Shown piece after piece: positions 27,179 through 37,469 of a stretch of 64,000 bases of DNA. Origin of the DNA: Basidiobolus meristosporus CBS 931.73 (Eukaryota; Fungi; Basidiobolomycota). Location of the stretch: contig MCFE01000331.1 in assembly GCA_002104905.1 (NCBI GenBank), positions 1-64,000 of the forward strand. The letters run 5' to 3'. The notes below the pieces were generated by a model. The model searched no databases. It was not told the DNA's origin and worked only from the letters and a program-made list of their open reading frames with translations. The translations under genes were made by a program, and so were the position numbers. Every line of letters begins with the position of its first letter. Position 1 is the first letter of the stretch.

Positions 27179-29159
27179 CTAGCGTGGGGCGGTATCAAAG
27201 CCCGCATCCCAAGGGCTGGAGCGGGAGCCGAGGGCGGGTTGAATCTGCACGGGCTGCGGTGGCAGATAATACTTGATCCCCACTTCGATGATGTTCTCCT
27301 GTAGGGCAAACATGAAGCGTGTGCGGCGTTCCCAGCGTCGCCCGCCATCCTGCCAGTTGCCTTTGTACTCCATGAAGAAGTACAGCTTCATCAGATTGGT
27401 TCTGGTCATCTCGGCGATGTGGACCTTGATTCCAGGGATGTAGTCGCGGGAGTTCGCCTGCAGAAATGCGTTGATGCGGCTCTCCAGCTCGACAATCTTG
27501 GCTTTGGGGGTGTAGAAGTCGATCTCCAACTCTATTGAGGCGTGGTTAGGCGTAGGCGTAGGCTCAAGACACCGGATATCACGACCACCTACCTATGGTC
27601 TCACTCTGATTGGACGAGCGCCGGATGTTGTGGATGAATTTGGTACACATCACCTCGTTGGGCGCATAAATCATCTGGCCGTCGGATTTGACGAAGATGG
27701 TGCTGAGCAGACCGACCTTGTATACCTTGAGGTTGTTCCCGTCCACAAATACACGATCGCCGGCGTCATACGGATGCTGTCAACGGAAAACCGAGTTAGC
27801 CAACCTTCCACGGGGCAAGCAAGAGTGGCCGACGTACCGTGACAAATACAAAAATGATCGACTTGAACAGCGAGGCAGCCGTGGATCCGAACACGAAGGT
27901 TAGCGCCAGAAACATGGACCCAAGAGGCACCAGGGTCTTGACCACACCGTTGTTGAATAGCATGCAACAGGCGATGAATAGGATGATGGCGGCAAACACA
28001 AGGAAGATGCGATCCAGCTTTCCCACCGCCTGCGACATATCCCGGACACCAATCATCAGCGACTTCCTCTCCTTGTAGATGTATATCACCATATCCTTCA
28101 TCTCGCGCTTGCTTATATCGCCGTTCCCGTCTTTGTCGAATAGCATGAACGCTCTCTCCGCATCCTTGGTGGTGCTGAAATAGGGGAGGAAATCCTCCAT
28201 GATCAGAAACTGCCGTTGGTTCTGGAGGGAATCAAACAGCTTCTTCGCGAGCTTGCGCGCTCGATTCTGAGAGTTGATGTCGGTGTCGACTTCGGTGTAG
28301 TCGCGGGGATCAGTCCCTGGAGCCTTCGCTTGCCGGGCGCCACCATCCTTCTCTTGCGTATTCGGGACGAGGTGACGGTGGTGGTTCCGCCTGGCGCCCC
28401 GAAGGTGGTCTAGCACCTTAAGCGCGTACTTGACTTCTGCCATGCGGTCCTTGTACGCTCGTCGATGGAAGCGATAGGCGATCAGATGAACGATCAGCTT
28501 TTCGATGAACAGCAGGCCTGCGGCTACCAGGAAGCAGAGCAGAACACGGAAGAAATTCATCTGCGAGTCGTGGGGGGCGGGGAAGAAGATGAAATAGGAA
28601 CCGGCGCTGAACGCCATGATCCACATGAAGTAGAAGTACCGTTTGACCACATTGAAGTGTTCCAGTTTGGTCTTGAAGCTCTCTTGCTTCTTGGGCTTCA
28701 GCCCCTTGATGATCCTGACGACGATCAGCGGGATGACCCGAACGAACTGGACGATCGTCACCGAGAACGTCCACACGCAGGCCAGCCAAAAAAATACGTT
28801 CATGGTGGTGCCGTAGGCTTGCTGCCGACTCGAAAACCGTATCCCAAGTGCTGGCGCCAGCAGTATCACATCCCCTAGGAGGAGGAGGATGGAAAGTCTT
28901 ACGGTGGATTTGAATAGCGAAACCGGGGTCGTCGGGGTCGACTTACGATGCTCGTAGGACTCCTCCTCGCTGGCAGAGTCCCAATCGAATTGACCATCTT
29001 CGTCGTCGGTGAGGTGGTCGGACTTCACGTGCTCCACATCGGACTGGAGAATCTGCACATGGGTATCTTGGAGATGGTTAACGCTGGAAGTGGTTGTGGC
29101 TAGCCTCGAATGGAGAAAGTACCTGTCTCGTTGCTAACGTTCTCCTCTTTCTTCAACAT
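27179..29159 (-). CDS. MscS-like mechanosensitive channel with EF-hand (Msy1/2 type), spliced
   Basis: TM segments; AERAFMLFDKDGNGDISKRE EF-hand; spliced FVT|HPYDAGDRVFVDG..APNEV..IHNIRRS core; introns near 27837 and 27590; start codon 29159 inferred. Confidence 0.92.
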
Positions 29160-29790
29160 CCCACAGCAGCAAGAACGACAAGATGCTATGCAGTGCACCC
29201 AACCCCCCACCAGCTTATATATCCACGCACCAGGCCAAGCTTTCGTGTAGAAGCCAATCTTGTGAAGTGCCGTGGTGCGAGGGTTTCCTTTCCTGGCGCT
29301 CTACTTGGAGACTTTCCATGGATGCCGAGGCCTAGTGGTACGGATTGGCCTAAACGATCTCAAGCTTAACTTTTCTTCCTGAAGAGCAAATTACCTCCGT
29401 TCTAGATAAAATTAAGCACTCAGGTGATTGGAGGAAAGGTGGGGTTTGTTGGGACGAAGATAAAAATATCCCAAGAGGCAGCCTCGTATTGGTTGGCCCG
29501 ATCAGCCTGGATATCCAGCATCCGCCAAATACGGGACAGAACTATTGTCCATCGTCGCTTAATCCATATTTTGGTGGGATGGAGATACGGTAGCTACCCT
29601 GGGTTCAACGATCGCGCATGAGCGCAACCCAACTATCCCTGAAAATCGAGATAATTGGACCCACGTAGGCCTATCCCGTACTGAACACAGTGCGCTACTT
29701 ACAATCTGGTGGTTCCCAATTGGCGGATGGCTCCTACACCAATTAATACCAGAACCTCCACCACCCTCCTCTTGCGTCTGGCATAAGGGC

Positions 29791-29830
29791 AATGGTGGGC
29801 AATGGTGGGCAGTGGTGGGCAGTGGTGGGC
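29791..29830. repeat. Tandem repeat 4 x 10 bp (ARTGGTGGGC)
   Basis: aatggtgggc aatggtgggc agtggtgggc agtggtgggc. Confidence 0.9.
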
Positions 29831-30519
29831 CATCGATGTGCGGTATGCTGGCCTGATCCAAACAGTTATCCCAGGACGGACGTGATTGACGGCTGGATGT
29901 CCGGCTCAGCAGAGAGAGTTCGAGTCCAGAGGCCGCTGCAAAACAATGATGTAAGCATTACCTGCGAGGAGCCGGTGTAGGCCCAAGGGGAGTCCGTTTT
30001 CCTTTTGCACGGTGCACAGTGCGCCTATCTGCCAACCAACCTCGAGTCGGATCAATTCTGAGACTGGATAAAATTGGTGCATCCGAGCACTGTTTCACCG
30101 TGGTGGTTGTCTGGGAAGATTGGAGATATCAGCAGCCGCGAATTGGCCAGCAATTTGACCATTTATAGCTAAATGTGGCTGGATTTCATGTCTCCCTTCT
30201 CAAGGGACCGCTGAATCCCAGTGCACCTGCACACTCCACCCTTGTTAGATACCTGGCAAACATCAGTGGCCCGTCAACACCGCCATATCATATGCGTATC
30301 AGAATCCGATCATAGGCACACATGGATTTCTTGCCCATTCGGGAAGATTTACTAGAATAGTAACCGCACTATCAACGGTGGTCGTCTGTTGGCAGACACG
30401 CCCCTCAGATACATCAGAAAGCCGGGACATCGCTCAAGCAGAGCCTGTTACATAGAGATCATTGAAAGAAACAAACCATACTACAAGCACCGATATCCAT
30501 ACATGAGCGAAGAAAGGGG

Positions 30520-30900
30520 TTACGAAGTATCCGCCTCATCTGAATGGGAAGGGTCAGATAAGTCCGTTTCGTCCAGAGGCCCCGATTCCTCCAGTATCTT
30601 CCAACAATCTATGCATCTCGCCATCTCACGAAACCTGCGCTGGTTCTTACGAAACTCGGCGAGGGGCTTCTCCTTTCCGCACACGATGCAGAACATACTG
30701 GAGCACACTCTCGCGGTGCACTTCTTGCAACTTGGGGGCTTTCGTTTGCCGCTGTGCCCGTGGCGGTAGTGTCGCGACATCGCCAATTGGGATTTGGAGA
30801 AATCGGCGGGTGGCTTGGTGAGTTTACAACAGAAGCAGTAGATGTGGTCGATTGTGGAGGAGGCTGGCCTCTTCTTGGTGCGAGAGTTGAATTTCCCCAT
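30520..30900 (-). CDS. Stc1-domain protein (two zinc-finger-like repeats), 126 aa from ATG 30900
   Basis: CFCCKLTKPPADFSKSQL...CKKC...CIVCGKEKPLAEFRKNQRR...RCIDC followed by an acidic tail fits the 8-Cys Stc1 pattern. Confidence 0.8.
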   Translation of the reverse strand: MGKFNSRTKKRPASSTIDHIYCFCCKLTKPPADFSKSQLAMSRHYRHGHSGKRKPPSCKKCTARVCSSMFCIVCGKEKPLAEFRKNQRRFREMARCIDCWKILEESGPLDETDLSDPSHSDEADTS

Positions 30901-31331
30901 CTTGACGGCTTCTTCGTGGTGATCGCTATTTATATCGGGTGCGCATTGATTCAAAATAACCTTTGCTGAGGTAAACTAACTGATTTCCATGAGATGGGTC
31001 TTTATTGATACGTCTGCACGGATGCCATCTAGTTGGACATCACCGCAGTGTGTCACTGATCAACGATAATAGAATATTTGATGCGGATGAGGGGTCCCAA
31101 TCATCACACATTCTTTGCATTCCTTCGCTAGGCTTCTAGGTTCAGAGCGGCGAGTTGGGGAGGGGTCTGTTATACACAGGGGCTGCGTGTATGGGAATAG
31201 GATGCTGCATGCTCCAGGAGTCTAGAACCGACGCTCATTGGTAAAGATTCCAACTGAACTTGACGTAAACAAGATAACCATGATACAAGGCGGCCATGGA
31301 CAACGGATGAGCGGCAATCACCAGAGGGTTG

Positions 31332-33143
31332 CTAAAACAAGTATTCGTTGACAAATTCAGTGGAGCCGGAGAGCTCGTCCAAGTCAACGATCCTCCTTGA
31401 GAAGACGTTCTGCGGTTTGTCGCAGTTGAGCCGGTGCCAATCAAAATGGTCGTCGCAGGCAACTGAGCCGGGCATGTTTTTCAGGCCTTGGTGGGACCAG
31501 GTAGCGTTGATGATGTCATAATGTCGATGGAAAAACTTCTCCACGCATCCGGCGCATTGGCGTAACTCGTGGACGTCCATCTCCTCGCAGCTTGGATTGC
31601 TACATTTGATCTGGGGCATGTTTAGTGGGAAGTAAAAGGATGCCCAGTCGAATCCAAACGTCGATTACCTGGCGGTGAAGCTTGAACGAGTAAAGGTGTC
31701 GATGCTCCGGGTTCTCAACCAGATGTTGCGCCAGATGGCCCTTTCCATCGCATATGATCGCACTGGGAACCAATTAGTCGGCTACGTGGCAAGTTCACTG
31801 GAGGTGCTACTTACTTGCAGTCAAGACAGTAAACCAAATTCCATCGAACCCCACAATCGACGCACTTGGGGTTCTTTATTTTCCGGATCTCCAAGCAACT
31901 AATCAAGCCTGTATTAGTAGGTTCGCAAACGGCCAGCAAGCCTAATATACTCACCGGTGATGGTAATCTCGGAGTTTCTTCGAGTACACCTCTTTTTTCC
32001 CGGTTTCTTCGACGGGGACGTTGATGCAATGGATGGGCAGATGCCCTAGCTTCTTGCATTTCCAGCTGGGGGTGTAAAAACATTAGCGACGAGCAGTCCA
32101 AAGAAATCCCCTCGTCGGTTGAGAACATACCAAACTTCCCCGCCCAAGCGGTTCTCCCGATCTTTGTATTTCCCGGCACGGGCGTCCCAGATATCCCGAG
32201 TGGAAACCGCATGACTCGAACCACCGGCGGGCGTCGACTCGCGAGGAGACGCCGGGCTCTCTTCCGAGTCCTGTTGGCGATACCGTGCTTTTTGGGTGAA
32301 GTCGTCTTCCTCACTATCGTCCGAATACAGAGCAGCAATAGAGTTGATCCCGTCGTAAGGATTCGTTGAGTGACTAGATTCGACTTGAGTCTCCTCTTCG
32401 GAAAGGGGGACTGTCTCTTCCTCCTCGCTCTCGTCGCTCAGAAGCCCGAAGTAGTTTCTGGGCTTTTTGCGAACCTGCGAGGCTTCTTCAAGCTGTGGTT
32501 TGGTATGAGTCGTCCCGTGCTTTGGTGGGGCCTCGTAAACCTGATATCCAGGAAAGTAGGGGGTACTCTCCTCACTGGCATCCCTACTAGCCGATATGGA
32601 TCTTTTAGGTAGTGGGAGAGGTTGATCCAAGTCGTTTGAGGAGGTGTCGATCTCTGGATGAGCTGGCGAACGAGGTTTTGGGTCCTTCAGTCGGTAAGTG
32701 GTCTTTTTCTCTTCATCCTGAACCAGCGGGTTGCCTCTATCTAGAAGAGGATTAGGTTAACAGAGGTTCAACAGCTTCTGGTCGAGACTGACCGGCGAGT
32801 CCAGAAAAGTCCGTCTTTTCCCGTCAGGTACCTTGTTTCTGAAAATATCGATGGGCCACCTTTTTCTTCGCGTTATCTTGTAACACGGTCCCGATGATCT
32901 CCCCCTGATCAAGTTGCTCTAGGGAGTTTTCTCCGTATGTACTGCCGTAAAGCTGGTTTGGGTCCACCTCTCCTGTGAGTATCTTGTAACTCTGGAGGTT
33001 TTTGAGGAGATTCTTCGCTTTGGTATCCCAACGACGCATTCTGGCGGATTGAGCACGTCCACTAATCCCCCGTGGTACATGATTACTTGGCCTTGGCCTT
33101 GGTCAGAATCTTGCCTGATCTCGTCTGATCCCGTTATCGACAT
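31332..33143 (-). CDS. Multi-intron zinc-finger gene: acidic low-complexity region + CCHC knuckle + ZnF-UBP-like + extra Cys/His cluster (5' end uncertain)
   Basis: Five canonical introns (32831-32741, 32130-32066, 31954-31899, 31814-31763, 31670-31611) keep the frame and yield CWKCKKLGHLPIHC and CVDCGVRWNLVYCLDCNAIICDGKGHLAQHLVENPEHRHLYSFKLHRQIKCSNPSC. Confidence 0.8.
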
Positions 33144-34669
33144 CGTGAGGTTGGCCAATAATCCATAATAATCCTGATCCAGTGGTGCATATAAATCCGC
33201 ACTTGTCTGGATTGGTTTTTGATTGGGCAGAGTATAAATTGCATGAACACTAACCCTTGAGTTTAACTCTGAACCCTAACCCTATCGTGGACACACCGAT
33301 TGTTCCATCATGAGCTTTCTATCAGCTGCGAGTTGATTGAAACAGGCTATGCAAGGGGTTGGGTGATGTAAATTAACCGCCATAGCCTCTAACCAAATCA
33401 ACGGTCAGGTCTATACCGGTATTCGGTACCCAGGCTTCCCTCCAACACAATCCTATTGGTACGGTTGGTATGCTTGAGGTGCATAGGGGAGGGGTTATTG
33501 GGATTTGCCCTACAGGAGCTTAGGTGGCCTGTGTTGACTGAGTTCGCAAATGGTCGGGCGTTTCACGCGTCCACATGGTCTGGGATTCAATCAATATGTC
33601 TAATTGGAGAGCTCGACCAACTCCACTTGGATCAGGCCAGTGTACCATGGCGCACTCAGAGCCGACAGTTCATTCCTGTCCCCTGAAAGTAGTATGGGCG
33701 TTTCGCCGTAAAGGACTCGTTCGATATAGCCAACTCCCAACTCTTAAGGGGATCGGCTATTGGGATTGGTGGGTTTGACAATCAATTTTGTGGCATGTTC
33801 ATTGGTACCATTTCTACCACTTGGCCTTGGTCTTGATTCTCCGGATGGGGTCGATCAGTCCGCTAACCAGAGAGCATTCTGCTTGGTGTGATATTTGCTC
33901 CCGGGTCTTATGTTGGACATATGCATTGCCGTCAGCACCCCACTTTGCAATGGATCATTTCAATTTCCGTTTCACTTGGTAGGTTTGAGATCAATGAGTT
34001 TAACCTACCTCCGTGATTCCCCACCGCAATGGATGGATCATTCTAGATACTTTCTTATTTCTGCATGGACATGGCACCAGGTGATATTCTCCCCTGCTGG
34101 CTTAATCCACAATCCCCTATTACACGAACCGGCAAGATCCAATCCCAAGCTCCGGACATGCGAGTTTCCGTCCACCAGAGTCTTACGTGAGCAATCCAAT
34201 CGCAATCCATTTGGCCTGGAGATCCAAGGTGTATACCAGGCCGATACTTGGGAACTATTGAATCCCCAGTGTGACGGAAGCCCCCAGACATGTTTCAGCA
34301 TGCAATTCGCATTGATCAACGTGGTTTGTGGTGATAACTCAACCCGGAGCATCATGTAGGTGGTAGAGTTGCAACTTATATGCATTTGGTAGCAATCAGC
34401 AGGAAGGGTATCTTAAATTCGTGCTTGGTCAGCCAGATGTCCAAGTTCTTACTTGGCTTGCGTAACCTAATTAAAATGGCTAGGCTGCTTGCTAATCTCT
34501 ACTTTTTTGATATCTGCACTCCAAAAGATACCCTCACCTGGCTAACTCTGTTGCAACTTGCTAGTTTGGTGCCCAGAATCTTGATTATAATACTGTGGTC
34601 TCTAACAATGATTTTGGAGCTTGGCAATATTGGAAGCCATGGAAATAGCTGTTAAGACTGCTGTATGTT

Positions 34670-35200
34670 GCAGGTGTTTTAAAGTTTGTAATTACACCTA
34701 AATACTCCCTTACCTAGGTCACTTGGAGAGAGTTTTGGCCAAATTCCTTGTCAGAATTTACTTACAATGCTTTCATCAAAATGTCAGACCCCCAGGACAT
34801 GAAAGAATCTCAAAGCTGTCCAGATGGCCCCAAAGTTTGCACACATGCACTTGATCTTGTAAGATTTTTGGAGATGTTGGAAGTGCTTGGGAGAACAAGT
34901 AGATTATGTGGCTTTCACTTAATGATTTACTGAATGTAATAGTAATAACTGTACTTTTACATGGTCTTGGCAAAATAAACATACAGAATGTGCTTAAGAA
35001 GGACTCAATTGTTGCAAATTTTCAGCTTGGGCAACATTGCCACTGATCATGTTGTAAGTACCCTGTATGTTGGCAAACATATTCAGCATATACTCTTAAA
35101 AGGAATTTGGGCAAAATTCTTTGAGGTTTGTATACTTCTACAAAAGCAACCAAGTCAAGCAACTATTTAGGTGTAATTGCAAAGCTTAATACTCCCACCC
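34670..35200. mobile_element. Two degenerate Copia LTR pieces in opposite orientations
   Basis: + LTR core 34680-34850, then a - LTR start (ttgtaagatttttggagatgttggaagtg) from about 34857. Confidence 0.6.
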
Positions 35201-35231
35201 CACTGAGCAATCTTATTTACTAGGCCTATGT

Positions 35232-35905
35232 TGTTGTAAAAACTTGTAACTTCATCTAAATACTTACCTAACTTAGTCACTTAGATCATTACCTACAAAT
35301 CTTAGAGAATACTGACCAAATTCCTTGTTGGGAGTTACTCAGAATATTTTACCAAAATATCAGGTACCCAGAACATGAAAATCATCAATGTTGTCCAAAC
35401 AGCCCCAAAATTTGCACACATGCTCATGAGACCTTGCTGCATCTATTTTTTGTGTTTTACACCAGGACCATGTAAAAGTATAGATACTACTTTTACACTT
35501 CATAGATCATTAAGTGAAAGCTGTTGTCAGAGTCTTGGAGATTTTGGAAGTGATTGAAAGAACAAGTAGATTCAGTGGCTTTCACTTAATAATACTTTTA
35601 GATGGTCTTGGCATGGCTAACATATAGAATTGGCTCAGCAAGGTCCCAAGAGCATGTGTGTGAAGCTTGGGGCTGTTTGGACAATATTGAGAATTCAAAT
35701 GATCTGAGTACCTGATATTTTGGTGAGAATATTCTAGGTAAATCTCAACAAGAAATTTAATCAGTATTCTCTAGAATTTGTAGGTAAAAATCCAAGTGAT
35801 TAAGTTGGTGGAATATTTAGGTGGAATCACAAAATTCTACATTGAAAACCACATAATCTACTTGTTTTTTCAAGCACTTCCAATATCTCCAAGACTCTTA
35901 CAAAA
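35232..35905 (+). mobile_element. Copia 5' LTR split by an inverted same-family solo LTR (35522-35844)
   Basis: LTR runs to ...taagtgaaagc, then a reversed LTR, then resumes aaaaccacataatc...gactcttaca; degenerate PBS gtctatgagcctc follows; approximate TSD AAAGC/AAAAC. Confidence 0.8.
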
Positions 35906-35939
35906 GTCTATGAGCCTCAAGCTCTCACACTCTGTAATG

Positions 35940-36797
35940 TCCACTGCTGCTATTATTGGACTTTTCCCCTCTGCTGTAAAGTTGGTGGATCTAACTATCA
36001 GGTCTGGAAGGTGAAGATGAAGTTGCTGCTACAGGAAAGTGGCCTTTGGGATACTGCTATAGGTGAGGAATGCCCTCCTAAAAGCTTGGGAGAAGGAGCC
36101 TCAAAGTACCAGAAGAAACAACAAAGTGTTTTTGCTGCATTTGCTTTGATGTTAAAGACAAATTGCTAACTCAATGCTCCATAGCAAAAACAGCAAAGAA
36201 TGCCTGGAAGGCATTAGAAGACACATTCCAGCCATGTTCAGCTGCTAAGAAAGTATATCTTAGAAGAAAATTGTTTATTACAAAAATGCTGCCAGGAAAA
36301 GATGTGAAAAATTCAATAAGCAGAATTATGCTGCTATGCGGTAGGATGAAATCTGAGGGCATGCCAACTACTGATGAAGATTTAATAGTTATCATTTTGA
36401 ATAGCCTGATAGCCAGGTTTCTGGGTCTTGAGTCAGCCCTGGAGTCCTCAACTGAAGATTTTGCCAGCTGCTGGATGAAGAACTCAGATAATCAAGTGCT
36501 AACAACAAGTAAGAAGAATATACTGTAATGAGCAGTTATAACCAGCAATGAAGGAACCTAAGATACTTGAAAGGTAACAGCAATCTGCCTTGCAACTACT
36601 GCAAAAGGAAAGGACACCCATTAGACTGGTGCCTCAACAGGAAAGATAATCAGCAAAAGAACCCTGAATTAAGGAATGCTGCAACAACTGAAGATGGATT
36701 ACTCATATCTGAACTATATATGACCACCAATAAGGACTCTCAGATGTAGGATATTGACTTTGGAGCATATCAACACTTCACACCCAAAAAAGAACTA
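35940..36797 (+). mobile_element. Decayed Copia gag + start of protease
   Basis: NYQVWKVKMKLLLQE, AKTAKNAWKALED, zinc knuckle CNYCKRKGHPLDWC, DIDFGAYQHFT. Confidence 0.85.
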
Positions 36798-37250
36798 CAA
36801 ATGTATGACCATGCTATTGCCATGGCACCTGATGGACTCATAGTAAATAAGTACTCTACCAGCAAATCCTGCTGGCCACTGATTTGCATCAATCTGAATC
36901 TGCTATCAATCCTATAGTATTAGAGCCCAAGTCTGATGGTAAGCTCATCAATATCTGTGCCTAAATCATCATCCAGCCAGGATTGCTACCTGCATTCATT
37001 GCTGGATAAGTTTTGTATGCTCTCTAACAGGATCCTAGTAAATTCCCTTCATATCAAAGCACATATTCTTATCTGCATTGAAGATACCCAAGCCTTCAGC
37101 AAGTTAGCCAGCTTTTCTGGGTACAATGGATGGCATTGTTTTCCAGTGTATGAGATCCAGGGGATTTTTTCCATAACTCACACAAATTATTATTATCCAA
37201 GCACTACACTAAGAACATCATTTTCTTGCAAAGAGAATGTATGAAAGTCA
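36798..37250 (+). mobile_element. CACTA/EnSpm (tnp2-type) transposase fragment
   Basis: PDGLIVNKYSTSKSCWP...AHILICIEDTQAFSKLASFSGYNG..EIQG; homologous to 43335-43700. Confidence 0.7.
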
Positions 37251-37469
37251 GCATGCATTTGCATCAAGAATATAACCTTCAAGTCTGTGATGGGCGTGAT
37301 GAGTTGACATATGGAGGACTGTCAATAAGAAATAGAAAGAACTGAGGACATATGTGCATATAGAGACACCTATACCTTGGCACTATGAAGCTCATCAGCC
37401 CCAATGTGTGGGTTGTCAGTTATGTTATCCTATGAAAAATTATTGTATGATCCCAAAAGGCCATTGCAA

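Noticed and set aside
27630-28878. Several 65-137 aa ORFs overlapping the MscS gene
   Set aside because: Antisense or alternate-frame shadows of a GC-rich CDS.
33270-33290. AACCCTAACCCTA telomere-like motif
   Set aside because: Only two units; expected by chance.
33340-34000. Faint resemblance of plus-strand fragments (INGQVY..PG.PPTQ..WDLP; ILLGVIFAPG) to a chromate-transporter-like membrane protein
   Set aside because: Many stops and only scattered residues match; cannot be supported without a profile search.
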